A stretch of DNA of 64,000 bases from Trypanosoma brucei (lineage: Eukaryota): assembly GCA_000002445.1 (NCBI GenBank), contig CP000067.1, positions 896,001-960,000 of the forward strand, read 5' to 3'. Below are positions 1-11,281 of this stretch, in pieces. The notes beneath the pieces were generated by a model. The model worked only from the letters and a program-made list of their open reading frames with translations, made no database searches and was not told the DNA's origin. The first letter of the stretch is position 1; each line of letters opens with the position of its first letter. The translations under genes and the position numbers were made by a program.

Positions 1-1227
1 AGCAAAGGCGATTCCCTCACCGCATAACCGCGAGCGACTGCCACCCCTTACCGGCCGCAGTGTGTAGCATGTTGATCCACTAGAGTAAAAGGTAACCACG
101 GAACTGCTGTTAACGCGCAACACCGCAGAGGGCGTCCCCGTCGCAGCAGAATGGTGACCACAGCCACGACCCGACGCCGCCGCAGCGTTACTAGCAATCA
201 TACACACGACTATGCGACAAATCCCACTTCTCGTCAACTCAATAACGCCGGGGTGTCTTTCGGCCCGCCACACAAACGGCAGCTCCGCCCTTCCCCCGCT
301 TAACTCAGCAAACGCTGCACGGCTGTCTGGAGAAGCTGCCAACCGTACCCACTCCCCAGTTGCAGTCCGCCTTACGCAGAGGGAACCCCATGGAATGGGG
401 CCGTCAGGGGAAGAACCACACGATGATATATTCGCCCCGCGCCAGCGCCACCGTGCGACGCTGCAGTCTAGGAGGAAACGCTTAGACGCCTGACCCTTTC
501 CACGCCTATCCGTCGTTGCTTCTGCTGCTGATCCAGATCGCCGACATCGGTGGCAGCCACTGGTTGAACGCACAGGAGGCAACGGTCGTTGCAGCAGCTT
601 TAGCCACTGATTTCTCAGTAACTTGACCTCACGCACCATCTCTCTCACAGAGTTATCTGTTTCCGCTGGTATAGAGTCCCCCGGTCCCGGTGAGGCAGTA
701 GGAGATAAAGACTGGGCAGCCCCTAACACACTCCTGGCCAGCGACCTTGCTACCACATTGTCGATTTGTCTCTGTAAGTCATTCATCCCAGGAAAGAGAA
801 CCTCTTGGTGAAATTTTTGTGTGTCACAACGCTGCATTTCCACAGCTTCCTTGAGTTGTTGCATATTGCGCCTCACTCCCTCCAGTGCAACGCCAGTGCC
901 TGTGCGCTCTGCGTTGTACCGCTCCTCCTTCAAATGGCTGTCGTTGACAAGCACCTCGACAGCCCGCTGCACCTCATCCATTTTGCTCTCCAGCGCACAC
1001 AGCCGCTCTCCGTGCAACTGAGCTTGTTGTAGCAATAACTGTGAGGCGAGCATAACGCATGGCTGAACGTTCTTCCACTCCTTCCCGACCCCCTGCTGCG
1101 TTTGTCTGAGCCCCAACAAAACTTGGGCACACGCACGGTCGACCATCTCGGCCTGTGTTGGAAAGTGTGGCGCAGAAACTGCTACATTGGTAGTATAGGC
1201 GGGAAAAGCAGCTGCATGAGCGTGCAT
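1..1227 (-). CDS. Partial hypothetical protein, C-terminus beyond window start; N-terminal coiled-coil-like segment (…LESKMDEVQRAVEVLVNDSHLKEERYNAERTG…) followed by a Ser/Arg/Gly-rich region
   Basis: Manual translation of the minus strand found no stop in 409 consecutive codons, from an ATG near 1227 down to position 1. It is absent from the ORF track because it has no in-window stop. An 80-nt polypurine(+)/polypyrimidine(-) tract at 1349-1430 lies just upstream in the gene's sense. Confidence 0.55.
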   Translation of the reverse strand, partial: MHAHAAAFPAYTTNVAVSAPHFPTQAEMVDRACAQVLLGLRQTQQGVGKEWKNVQPCVMLASQLLLQQAQLHGERLCALESKMDEVQRAVEVLVNDSHLKEERYNAERTGTGVALEGVRRNMQQLKEAVEMQRCDTQKFHQEVLFPGMNDLQRQIDNVVARSLARSVLGAAQSLSPTASPGPGDSIPAETDNSVREMVREVKLLRNQWLKLLQRPLPPVRSTSGCHRCRRSGSAAEATTDRRGKGQASKRFLLDCSVARWRWRGANISSCGSSPDGPIPWGSLCVRRTATGEWVRLAASPDSRAAFAELSGGRAELPFVWRAERHPGVIELTRSGICRIVVCMIASNAAAASGRGCGHHSAATGTPSAVLRVNSSSVVTFYSSGSTCYTLRPVRGGSRSRLCGEGIAFA

Positions 1228-1348
1228 TCCACACGCGCTCAAGCCTGCGCTGTCTACAACAAAATTATTTGGTTCAGCAAAAAAAACAAGGGCGAAAATG
1301 AAGAGCAGGGCCGGTGTAACGAGGCAGCGACGCCATCGCCACGCTGGT

Positions 1349-1430
1349 GAGAACAAAAAACGAAAAACGAAGTGGATGAACAAAAAAAAACAAAAAAAGA
1401 AAGACCAAAACAGACAGCCGACAAACTACG
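1349..1430 (-). promoter_or_regulatory. Polypyrimidine tract (minus-strand sense), candidate trans-splicing/polyadenylation signal upstream of the edge-truncated gene
   Basis: About 80 nt of almost pure purine on the plus strand (gaacaaaaaacgaaaaacgaag…caaaaaaaaacaaaaaaagaaagaccaaaacagacag), which is pyrimidine in the sense of the minus-strand genes. It lies about 120 nt upstream of the first ATG at 1227. Confidence 0.45.
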
Positions 1431-1937
1431 CAACACTGTCTACTGCAGGTAATGCTAATTCCACACCATCTTCTCCCTACCCTAAAACAAGGGCACCAGC
1501 ACCCCTTCCTCCTGCAAGGTTAACGAGAGGCAGAGGTGACTCCGCTATAGTTGCTCTAATACGCAAGAACAGGTTATGAAAATAATAACACTAACAGTGA
1601 TAATAATAATAAGAGTGATAATGGAAATAGGGAACCCCATCCCGTACGCACACCAACGTATGCGAGTGGGAAGGGCAATGTGAACAACACAGACGTGTGA
1701 GAAGAAAAAGGACGACGTCAAGGAAAGTGTAGAAATATGCCAGTTGATTGCAGAAAACTCCCAACGACATCAAGCCCTCTCCTGAGCCCTCACCGCTGAC
1801 CTTCCGCAACTCAACACCATTAAAAACACCCCTACTCACACCATCATCACTCCCGTTAAGTCCTTCATCCATTCGCTGAGCATCGCCCTCCCACACCTTC
1901 CACTGCTTTGGTTCTCCTACTACTCCCTTCGTATGTT

Positions 1938-2282
1938 TTAAATGTTGAGTGAGCGAGTAATGGCATCTGTTACGTGTGCCTGATCAAGCTCCTCGGTCCA
2001 TTCAGTATAGGTTTCATCCAACACACGGCGCAGCTTCTGCTCCGCCCGCTTCTCCTGGAGAAAGTGAATGACTGGAAGCTTGTTATACACGAAAGAGGGC
2101 ACCATAATGTCCGTCCACACCATTGGCATCCAAAAGAAAAAAGCATAATACCACACCATAGCCCAAGAGGCAAGGTACCACGTGCTCATGGGCTCCAGAT
2201 GACGCCGCGGCGACACCGTCACCGCGTATTTGTTCATCGGGCGCGCCATGTTGCTAACATTGGCACCAAGTCGCCGTAGCAT
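1938..2282 (-). CDS. Hypothetical small hydrophobic protein (114 aa; Trp/Phe-rich putative TM segment, acidic C-terminus)
   Basis: ATG-initiated ORF with the same orientation as all neighbouring genes. It has a hydrophobic core (WYLASWAMVWYYAFFFWMPMVW). No family recognised. Confidence 0.4.
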   Translation of the reverse strand: MLRRLGANVSNMARPMNKYAVTVSPRRHLEPMSTWYLASWAMVWYYAFFFWMPMVWTDIMVPSFVYNKLPVIHFLQEKRAEQKLRRVLDETYTEWTEELDQAHVTDAITRSLNI

Positions 2283-2873
2283 CGCTGATATTTAGTACTG
2301 GAAAATGCTTCGCACGTGCGATATTGGTGTATATGTATACGCTTGACGTCACTGCTCCCTACCGTGGTTTCCTCTTCCACCGCCGGTACAAATGGAAGAG
2401 GAAATAAATACAAAAAAAACATGAAAGAAAGGAAAGAAAACATTATGAGAAGCATTGCAGAGGTGGGGATAAGTCGCTAATCGTTGCGACCAAAAAGTCA
2501 CCTGAAAGGGGAAAAGGGGGAAGGGGTACATTTGGTCCCTCCACCCATTGTGACCCCGAGGGAGTGTACATGCCGAATGGAGAACGCTAGTACAAGTAGA
2601 GTAGAAGGGGAACAAGACACAAACAATGATCCCCACAAAAGTGGCTAAGCCTATGGGACAGATATGGTGAGGAGGGCGAAGGAATTAATCGCGGGAAGCA
2701 TGTGCTACCGAGAGAGCAGGTTGCCATTGAGTCCTACCTAGGCGAACGGCAGCGCTCGCCTCACATTAAAAGCGGAGTCACGCTGATTTTCGGCACTCTC
2801 TTCAGTTAATGTTATCATCCCCCGATCTGCCTCCAACTCGTCCCCCTTCACTCGCGTCAGCACCGCTTGACCG

Positions 2874-3377
2874 TCACGAGGTATCTTTGTTTTTTTTATT
2901 CAATTTTTTTAAATCTTTCTGGTACTCGCTGTTGAACAATTCCTTGTATACCGGCACACGCTCCACATTATAGCGATGACTTTTTGCAGCCAGAGCCCTT
3001 CGACTCACTGCAGTTTCCGTTATCCCGCCCAACCCACTTTCCTCACTGACCATGAATGAAAGCAAACCAGTGATTATTGTCCGCACCCCCCACATTGGGC
3101 TCCACTCTTCCGGATGAAAATCAGTTATGGTAAGGCAAATGGGACTGTTAATAACAAACCGTCCACTCGGCGTCAGCATAATTATTTTGGGTGGCTCCAT
3201 CGGATATTCAGGTGGGAACCTCAGCTCCCCAAGGTATCGACCACCTTCATAAGGCGTCTGAGGTGGTCCATCGAGGGTGAAATACCACGTGAAAATGCTT
3301 TCCGACGAAGGAGCGGCGTTACAATACGGTGGAGGGTCCACGGTGATGTCGCGTAACTCCTTCTGCAAGCGACGCAT
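2874..3377 (-). CDS. Ubiquitin-conjugating enzyme E2, UBC6/UBE2J-like
   Basis: UBC fold signature: catalytic-Cys motif SGRFVINSPICLTITDFHPEEWSPMWGVRTIITGLLSFM, typical of ER-type E2 (UBC6/UBE2J). ATG start verified. Confidence 0.8.
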   Translation of the reverse strand: MRRLQKELRDITVDPPPYCNAAPSSESIFTWYFTLDGPPQTPYEGGRYLGELRFPPEYPMEPPKIIMLTPSGRFVINSPICLTITDFHPEEWSPMWGVRTIITGLLSFMVSEESGLGGITETAVSRRALAAKSHRYNVERVPVYKELFNSEYQKDLKKLNKKNKDTS

Positions 3378-3832
3378 GGGTTACAATGCGGACTCCCGCG
3401 TAGATCCCGACTTACCGTAATAGGTGTTCTGCCCGTCTCTCAGAAAGCGAAGTGGCAGAAGATAGTTTGTGGAGAGAAAAAAATCATAAAATGGCAACCA
3501 CAATCCGATATTTCTCGCCTAGTAGTCTGTTGGTTCGTAAGGTGTGAGTTTTTTACAGACAGGGAAAGTAGATTCAAAGAAAAAAGTTGTTGGATGTGTA
3601 CATGGGGTTATGTTCCGAAGAGTTTACTCCTGCACCAAAAGAAAAAAAGAAGCATTTGTCCACGTGGGTGACCTGTTAGTTAGAGTACATGCTAGTCACA
3701 ACATTCTCTCACGTCAAACAACCGCCAACTAATGTGATTTGATTTCTACAATATAACAAGATCTTTTTTTAAAAAAAAATTCACGTTGTGCTGCAAATAG
3801 TTCCTCTATGATCATCAATCTCTATAAATCAT

Positions 3833-5638
3833 CTATGCACTCCCATGCATGCTCGATAGCACCAGCTTGTGAAGCAGGCATGTCACGTCGTGAAGCTCAC
3901 CTTGTTGCTCATCCAACCGCTCCATCACACCCCGAAGTCCCGCTTCCAGAAAGGCGCTCTTCGCGATGAGTCCGCGTAACAATTCATCCCCGCTGGCAGC
4001 CACCGGACAACGCACTCGATTCGAAGATCGCCTTTTCTTCCGATGAGACGGTGACTGACTAAAAGCTCGATTTGGCACCCCATGGTTGAACCTCGCCCCA
4101 GTAGTTGCAGTGGAAACGAACGGTGAAGGGAAAGAAGAAGGGAGTGGATTCGCAGAGCTGCCCGTCAACGTGCCCTGCTGCACCTCTGGTGCTGTGGGAA
4201 GGACATCCTCTCGACACGTACGGCAATGGAGCGACCCTCGCCAAGCCGTGTCGCCGCTACATTCAAGAACATGTTGCCTCCTCCGGCGGAGTGGCGTAGT
4301 CTTCGGTGTCCGACGCAGCCCTTTCGCTCGACCGCCAACGGCGGCAGCCACGCCAACCCTGTAACTTGCCTGAGATACACGTGGACAACAGTCAGTTGGA
4401 AAAGAAGCATGGGGTGACGGCGCCCTGTCCGTCGGAACCGTTACAGAATTGGTGACTGTCCCCCTCACCGCGGGATCATCGGAACCGTCCCTCCCCTCGC
4501 TTCGTGATAATGAGCTCGCTCGTGCACGCGCACAACCGGACGTGGTGACTGGGACTGGCCCCTCAGATGTTCCCGCAGCTATTGCCGTCTTCGGGATAAC
4601 TGCGGTGACATTCTCATGACACGCTAAACCGGCGAGGGAAGATGCTCGCGTCGCGTAGGTATCCACCTCCTCTGTGGCGGGATGGTGTTGGTTACTGCGC
4701 CCCCGCGGCCCTTTGGCTTCATCCGTCCCTTGCGTGTTGGTAGCAATGTCGAGACCCTGGTGACAAATGGGAGCCGCTGTCGTTGGAACGCCGCTGTCAC
4801 TCCGGCTCCTCGACGTAAAACGCTCAGTGGAAACCGTGGCTGTCGCGCGTGACTGCACGGGTGCACAATTAGCTCTACCAAAGCAACAGCGGCACCTTAC
4901 CGTGCTTTCGGAGCTCTCTGCTAGTTTTAACTGATGTTGTAGTGTGCCAATAAGTGCATCCCGCTCAACCAACCGCTCCTTAAGCTCGCGCTGAGTGTGC
5001 AGAAACTCCTTGCGCTCGTCCACGTGGCGCGCCGACACGGTTGCGATGCACAAATCTAGTCGTTGAATCTCGGAGAGGAGTCTACGTGCTATCCTCTTAT
5101 AAGCCTCCTCGACCTGGCAGGGGCTTGGCTCAGCACCCGACGGCTCTGTCGACACACCACAACTCTCTGACGACACGGGATCAATGCATGAATTTGTTTC
5201 GTCATCCGCAATACTACTCCTTCCGTGACTGTGATTCCAAGTAACACCCTCGGTAGGCGCCAGTGGCGGACGCTGTGAGACGGCAACCTCCTGACCTGAC
5301 GGAGTGGAGAGCCTTTTGCTTCGCGCGTTGTCATTGGAAGCACAACATCTGTCAGCCGTAGCCTCCCCACGAGGCAGCGCTGTGGTATCACGACTATTAG
5401 GTAAAATTGTAAAGGTGTCCTCCTCCATCTTGCGGCCCCCGGAGCGCGGGACTGGCATGCACATGAGAGACGGTGCGGTATTGTCTCTTGTTTCGTCATC
5501 CTCCGCAGCTACAGAAACAGCGGAAATGGTATCGTCTACGCGGGTTTCGGTGCAATCACTTGCAGTGGCCGTATCACGAGCGCGGGAGAGCCGACTGAGA
5601 GTCGCCGTCAATGCCAAGATATCGTCACGAAGAGACAT
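3833..5638 (-). CDS. Hypothetical low-complexity (Ser/Thr/Arg-rich) protein with a short coiled-coil segment near the C-terminus
   Basis: 618-aa ORF in the track begins with GTG (translated as M). The first ATG is M18 (MSLRDDILAL…), so the start was moved to about 5638. No recognisable domain. Coding status is supported mainly by ORF length and strand context. Confidence 0.45.
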   Translation of the reverse strand: MSLRDDILALTATLSRLSRARDTATASDCTETRVDDTISAVSVAAEDDETRDNTAPSLMCMPVPRSGGRKMEEDTFTILPNSRDTTALPRGEATADRCCASNDNARSKRLSTPSGQEVAVSQRPPLAPTEGVTWNHSHGRSSIADDETNSCIDPVSSESCGVSTEPSGAEPSPCQVEEAYKRIARRLLSEIQRLDLCIATVSARHVDERKEFLHTQRELKERLVERDALIGTLQHQLKLAESSESTVRCRCCFGRANCAPVQSRATATVSTERFTSRSRSDSGVPTTAAPICHQGLDIATNTQGTDEAKGPRGRSNQHHPATEEVDTYATRASSLAGLACHENVTAVIPKTAIAAGTSEGPVPVTTSGCARARASSLSRSEGRDGSDDPAVRGTVTNSVTVPTDRAPSPHASFPTDCCPRVSQASYRVGVAAAVGGRAKGLRRTPKTTPLRRRRQHVLECSGDTAWRGSLHCRTCREDVLPTAPEVQQGTLTGSSANPLPSSFPSPFVSTATTGARFNHGVPNRAFSQSPSHRKKRRSSNRVRCPVAASGDELLRGLIAKSAFLEAGLRGVMERLDEQQGELHDVTCLLHKLVLSSMHGSA

Positions 5639-6036
5639 CCCTTTCCCCCTACACCTTTGCTTTAATATGTCGCAGCAACACACAAGCACACTTCACTTCA
5701 CTACTCCGCGTGAATGAGCAACTAGGGGTTCCGCAACGCGGCGACGCAGGGTAAGAGTGGGTGGAAAGGAGTAGCCGCCACCTGCCACAGCCACACTTAC
5801 GTGTGAAACAACCCTCTGAGTCAATTACATAAAAAGTTAGAAAGAAGGGCAACAGAGTATTTAAAAAAAAAAACACGCAACGAGCAACAGAAAAAAAAAA
5901 GAGGAGAGAAATTCGCAATTTTAACCCCACCTAAACAACCAGAATTGGGCCTTGGGGGAGGGGACATAGGAATGTTTGCGGATGAACTGCATTCAATGAC
6001 AAAAGGGGGTTAGAAGGCTGTTTCTTTTCGTACCAC

Positions 6037-6054
6037 ATATATATATATATATAT
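6037..6054. repeat. (AT)n microsatellite
   Basis: catatatatatatatatatatg in an intergenic region. Confidence 0.8.
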
Positions 6055-6578
6055 GTATTCACCGGCCGCAGGCTCTTTCTCCAAAAAATGGTATTGGCAT
6101 AGAAGACGAGAATGAAAACAATAATAATAAACTACGCGGGGCAACATTTTTCACAACGTAACTCTTCCGCCGTTTAGAATGGCATTTACCTTTTCCCCTC
6201 CTGCTTTTATTCCCTAGTTTTCTCCTGACAGTACTGGACTTGTCACACCATCAGAAGCAACATCATTATCATCGTTTTCACTCCATGTCACAGCACTCAA
6301 CTCGCATGTTCCGAGAGTAGCTGCCTAAATCCATGGAAATCCACGAAAACAAGAAAAAGGGGAAAGGGGGAAAGAAACAACACCACAAGCACAACTCAAA
6401 AAGCACAACTCAAAAAGCACATACAAACGAACTGAGTAAAACATAATAAAAGCATAACAAACGAAGGGTTGTAAAGGGAGAGAGGAGTAAACAGCCGCAG
6501 AAGGCATTTAGCAAAACTCAGGAAAATCCTCCTAGTGAGGGAAAGAAACAACGTGCATGAAACTTAAACAAAGCTTCA

Positions 6579-7130
6579 CTACAGTTCCTCTAAATACATA
6601 CACATCTCGTTCAAAAATGCTGCCCAGCTGAGAAGGGCAAAGAACTGGGCTATGAGACTCCCCAAGTAAACGGCGCAGGAAGTCACTAGCAGGTAAAACC
6701 CACAGCACAACTTGAAAACACCCTTCAGAGGCTTTTTGCCAGACCCTCCGTCGTCACTGCAGAAGCCAACGAAGTACTCCACAGACATAATTGCGGTGCA
6801 GAGTGCCATGAGTAGGAAGGCGATGAAAGAAAAGCATGGTGACAGGCACATGAGGAAAGCCATCCTCCCTCGTAAAATGGTAAGAATAACAACAATGAAA
6901 GCAATGAATCCAATGACAGAGGAAGTGACAACACTCCCGCGGACCAAATTGAAATACACAGTGTTCCTGAAGCATGAATCCTTACCTGTCGATGACGCTT
7001 GTCCCACCTCGAAAAGATAAATCGTTTTATAGCCCGTTGCACGGCCAAAAATAGGAGAGAAACACGCGCAACCAGCTAAAATAAAGGCACAGAGCGTCAG
7101 CAATAAAGAGAGTACGCCGAAAAAGATCAT
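6579..7130 (-). CDS. Amastin-like small 4-TM surface protein, paralog 1
   Basis: 183 aa with four hydrophobic segments and a Cys-rich first loop. Paralogous to 8574..9104 and 10430..10966. Size and topology match the kinetoplastid amastin family. Confidence 0.55.
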   Translation of the reverse strand: MIFFGVLSLLLTLCAFILAGCACFSPIFGRATGYKTIYLFEVGQASSTGKDSCFRNTVYFNLVRGSVVTSSVIGFIAFIVVILTILRGRMAFLMCLSPCFSFIAFLLMALCTAIMSVEYFVGFCSDDGGSGKKPLKGVFKLCCGFYLLVTSCAVYLGSLIAQFFALLSWAAFLNEMCMYLEEL

Positions 7131-7364
7131 GATATCCTTCTTGGTGAAACGACAACTGATAACGAGACTTGTCTTAAGAACTTACACAACTTCCAAATAG
7201 AGCTCAAGAAGAAGAGAAAAGTATTGTGAGTCACGTACAGCAAAGGATCAAAGCAGAGAGAGAGAGAGCGAAAAAGAAAGATTGGGTAACGGCAACAACA
7301 GAAGAAGTGAAACATGTAGAGAAACATGCATGAAAGCCAACGAGGCAATACCAAAAGTGGCCAG

Positions 7365-7799
7365 TCAGATGTTTGTGTAGCGCTCGTCCACAGGCCTGTC
7401 GAAATCCACATCCAACTCACAGATCCGCCAGTCCTCGTACGTATTGTCTGGAAGCACACGCCGAATAATGAGCGGAATGACACCTTCACGGAGCTCTTTC
7501 TGCGCAATAGTCAACGGGTCCGTCTCACCCTCCAATGCAACTAACACAGGAGCATTCATACTAATCTGCAATGCACGTGTCCCAAGGATGCGGGCCCTCT
7601 CGTATTTCGTCAGCACCGGAGCCGTCACGCGATCTCTGTCATCACGCCGTTTCGCTGAACCACGCACAGGTGCAGGACCAGACACAACAACACCCGCACC
7701 CGCATCACTTCGCTCATCGTCACTTTGCGCCACGCTCTCATGCTCATCACCAATGCTCAAACTCAGTCGATCAACTTCATCCTCATCACGCTCAGACAT
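7365..7799 (-). CDS. RPB6: DNA-directed RNA polymerases I/II/III subunit RPABC2 (RPB6), copy 1
   Basis: Conserved RPB6 core [25 protein letters not shown]…[31 protein letters not shown], with an acidic N-terminal tail. ATG verified. Confidence 0.85.
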   Translation of the reverse strand: MSERDEDEVDRLSLSIGDEHESVAQSDDERSDAGAGVVVSGPAPVRGSAKRRDDRDRVTAPVLTKYERARILGTRALQISMNAPVLVALEGETDPLTIAQKELREGVIPLIIRRVLPDNTYEDWRICELDVDFDRPVDERYTNI

Positions 7800-8573
7800 A
7801 TTTAGATTCCTTTACGGCTACGAACAGGTGCAATATCCGCACCTCTCCTCAACTGGCTAGTGGAAGTAGTAAGAGAAATAAGAAACGAAAACAAACAAGT
7901 GAAAGACAAAGAGGAGGAAAAAAAAGTATCAGCACAGAAAAGAGCAACGGGGATGGATCTGCACTAAAAGCAGAGGGGCGCTACATACGGTTAATTTTGT
8001 CGCACCCGATACACACACCCACTTGACTGGGTGGGTGGGGGGAGGGAGGAAATCCCTCCCCCTCTACGCTACCACCGCACGCACTCCCTAATAGTCGAAA
8101 AAAAAAAAATCAGAAACGGCCGTACGGACATTTATTCTCACAAAACCATCGCAACACGCCAGTCAGGTCAGGCACGAGTGGCCGCAAAAATAGAATGCAC
8201 TTCATAAAGTGAAAAATAACTGAACATAAAGAAATAGACACGAACGAAATTAAATACGGAAAAGTAATAACCAACCTTGGCTGATCAACTTGAAGAAACG
8301 AAAGTTGCTTAAATCAGCCACTAATGACAGGGGGAAAGGTAGTCGCTAAAAGTGTAGTATATAAATACGAAGGAATAGAACATTTAAAGAAAACACCAGA
8401 GTGGTGTGAACTGACCAAAATAAGAAATAACATATTCACGTCCGCTGTTGCACAAGGTGAAACTGGAAAGTAAGCACCACTTCATCGCATCTCCACGCGA
8501 CGCCGTGCAGAAAAAAATAAATAAATAAATGTAGTTCGTTCGAGCTGCCGTAATGCAACCGTATATGTGGCTA

Positions 8574-9104
8574 CTACAGGCAACAACCCGCGACAGAGCT
8601 GACAAGGAACAATACAGCAGTTACAACAATAAGGTAAAAACCGGCATCAACCGAAAAGTCACGCTCCTTAAACGGGGCGAAATCCTCGCGCAATTGATCA
8701 TCCCACTGACAAAACCCCTTTCCGTATCCAACAGTGATGAGTACGGCGCTCACCGAAGAAACAAGGAAGGATATGATGGAAAGTGGCGTGGATATGATTC
8801 GCAAACAACACAGTGGGATCTTGCAATTCGACAGAATAATGAAAACAAGAGCAGCAAAGCCTGTAAGCACTGAAATAAGGACACCAGCTTCAATTACCTG
8901 AAAGTATACACTGTACTCCTTACACGGGCTCTCATGCACCTTCGTTTGCTTCACTACATCATCAACCTTCTCCATGTAGTACCATAGGGTTTGGATCGCT
9001 TCCTTTGTTTCATTCTTCATGCGAAAAACGGGAAAAACCAACGCGCAAACAGCCGAAGCAACAGCGAATAGAGTAACAAGAGTTGTCAACCAACCGCAGC
9101 ACAT
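8574..9104 (-). CDS. Amastin-like small 4-TM surface protein, paralog 2
   Basis: The track ORF 8574..9482 carries a 126-aa N-terminal read-through of the intergenic repeat. The true start is taken as the internal ATG (MCCGWLTTLV…), homologous to the starts of paralogs 1 and 3. Confidence 0.55.
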   Translation of the reverse strand: MCCGWLTTLVTLFAVASAVCALVFPVFRMKNETKEAIQTLWYYMEKVDDVVKQTKVHESPCKEYSVYFQVIEAGVLISVLTGFAALVFIILSNCKIPLCCLRIISTPLSIISFLVSSVSAVLITVGYGKGFCQWDDQLREDFAPFKERDFSVDAGFYLIVVTAVLFLVSSVAGCCL

Positions 9105-9339
9105 TCTGAATATTCCTGGTGAAACGACAACTGATAACGAGGCTTGTCTTAAGAACTTACACAACTTCCAAATAGAGCTCAAGAAGAAGAGAAAAGTATT
9201 GTGAGTCACGTACAGCAAAGGATCAAAGCAGAGAGAGAGAGAGCGAAAAAGAAAGATTGGATAACGGCAACAACAGAAGAAGTGAAACATGTAGAGAAAC
9301 ATGCATGAAAGCCAACGAGGCAATACCAAAAGTGGCCAG

Positions 9340-9774
9340 TCAGATGTTTGTGTAGCGCTCGTCCACAGGCCTGTCGAAATCCACATCCAATTCACAGATC
9401 CGCCAGTCCTCGTACGTATTGTCTGGAAGCACACGCCGAATAATGAGCGGAATGACACCTTCACGGAGCTCTTTCTGCGCAATAGTCAACGGGTCCGTCT
9501 CACCCTCCAATGCAACTAACACAGGAGCATTCATACTAATCTGCAATGCACGTGTCCCAAGGATGCGGGCCCTCTCGTATTTCGTCAGCACCGGAGCCGT
9601 CACGCGATCTCTGTCATCACGCCGTTTCGCTGAACCACGCACAGGTGCAGGACCAGACACAACAACACCCGCACCCGCATCACTTCGCTCATCGTCACTT
9701 TGCGCCACGCTCTCATGCTCATCACCAATGCTCAAACTCAGTCGATCAACTTCATCCTCATCACGCTCAGACAT
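9340..9774 (-). CDS. RPB6: RPB6 (RPABC2), copy 2, identical protein to copy 1
   Basis: Same 144-aa protein as 7365..7799. It lies within a 1975-bp tandem unit. Confidence 0.85.
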   Translation of the reverse strand: MSERDEDEVDRLSLSIGDEHESVAQSDDERSDAGAGVVVSGPAPVRGSAKRRDDRDRVTAPVLTKYERARILGTRALQISMNAPVLVALEGETDPLTIAQKELREGVIPLIIRRVLPDNTYEDWRICELDVDFDRPVDERYTNI

Positions 9775-10429
9775 ATTTAGATTCCTTTACGGCTACGAAC
9801 AGGTGCAATATCCGCACCTCTCCTCAACTGGCTAGTGGAAGTAGTAAGAGAAATAAGAAACGAAAACAAACAAGTGAAAGACAAAGAGGAGAAAAAAAAA
9901 GTATCAGCACAGAAAAGAGCAACGGGGATGGATCTGCACTAAAAGCAGAGGGGCGCTACATACGGTTAATTTCGTCGCACCACGCCTTATTATATAAATA
10001 TACCAGGTAAGAATAACCCTAAGTCACCACATAGCGTACAAAGTGGTAATTCTAACAGAAAGGGATGAACCAGAAACTTATCTTGCCCACAGCGTAAAAG
10101 AAATGTGAGGGAACACGAAACGGAGGAGAGTGACAACGAAGTTTAACAGCTGTTTTCGGAAACATCTACGTAAAATAAATAAATGAAATAAGTAAAATCG
10201 ATATCTGTATATTCTCGTGTTGCAGCTTAGGAAAGATGAACAAAAAACCTGGGAATAGGAAATACGTACAGATAGAAAAATAAAAATAAAAAACGTTCGT
10301 TCACGACCGCAATTGTATAGGAAAAAATAAGAAAATAGTCACTACCACGCCGCGTACCTGCAGAACCTTCAGTGTCATGGGAAGGAATGAGGCCGCTCGA
10401 GAATGTCAACGCAGCTGCTTAAATGTCCG

Positions 10430-10966
10430 CTAAAGGCAACAGTGCGTGATTGTGGTTAACAAGTATAGAGCGACAGCGGCGCAAAGAAGATATGAACCGA
10501 CATCAATTTTAAAACCACGTTCCTTGAACGGGGCGTACTTGTCGCGCAGTTTCGGATCGCCTTGGCAGTAACCTCTCAAATAACCGAGAGTAACGAGTCC
10601 AATACAAGTTATTGCACCCAGAAGAGAAAAAAAGACCAGCGATAAAGAGACAGCCTTCAAGTGCTTCATTTTTTTTCCGCAGGCAACCACACCACAGAGA
10701 AATAGAAGAGAAATGAGTCCAACTGCGGCAGCCGCTGCGACAGCGCCCATACTGACCTGAAAGTATACACTGTACTCGTAGCATTCACTCTCCCGGACAC
10801 TTGTCTTGCTTTCTGTACTCGCAGTTTTTTCCATGTAGTACCATAGGGTTTGGATCGCTTCCTTTGTTTCATTCTTCATGCGAAAAACGGGGAAGATAAT
10901 CGTACACACTGAAGTACTGGCACCCAGTAGAGTCATTAGTATTGTCAAACAGCCGCAACACAGCAT
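10430..10966 (-). CDS. Amastin-like small 4-TM surface protein, paralog 3 (more diverged)
   Basis: 178 aa. Shares FPVFRMKNETKEAIQTLWYYMEK and the C-terminal GFKIDVGSYLL…CCL motifs with paralog 2. ATG verified. Confidence 0.55.
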   Translation of the reverse strand: MLCCGCLTILMTLLGASTSVCTIIFPVFRMKNETKEAIQTLWYYMEKTASTESKTSVRESECYEYSVYFQVSMGAVAAAAAVGLISLLFLCGVVACGKKMKHLKAVSLSLVFFSLLGAITCIGLVTLGYLRGYCQGDPKLRDKYAPFKERGFKIDVGSYLLCAAVALYLLTTITHCCL

Positions 10967-11281
10967 GTTTCCTCCACCGGTTAAACGACAACTGATAACG
11001 AGGCTTGTCTTAAGAACTTACACAACTTCCAAATAGAGCTCAAGAAGAAGAGAAAAGTATTGTGAGTCACGTACAGCAAAGGATCAAAGCAGAGAGAGAG
11101 AGAGCGAAAAGGAAAGATTGGGTAACGGCAACAACAGAAGAAGTGAAACATGTAGAGAAACGTGCATGAAAGCCAACGAGGCAATACCAAAAGTGGCCAG
11201 TCAGATGTTTGTGTAGCGCTCGTCCACAGGCCTGTCGAAATCCACATCCAATTCACAGATTGGCGTTACCGTAAACGATAG

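Larger units (their letters stand above)
6579..11260. repeat. Tandem gene array: amastin-like (x3) plus RPB6 (x2), unit about 1975 bp, third unit truncated at about 11260
   Basis: Identical segments at 7127-7544, 9102-9519 and 10981-11256. RPB6 ORFs at 7365 and 9340 are identical. Confidence 0.8.

Noticed and set aside
8574-9482. 302-aa amastin-like ORF with a 126-aa N-terminal extension ([11 protein letters not shown]…)
   Set aside because: The extension is the intergenic repeat, which is a separate stop-terminated ORF in units 1 and 3. The read-through is caused by a local indel. The conserved protein starts at the internal ATG (about 9104).
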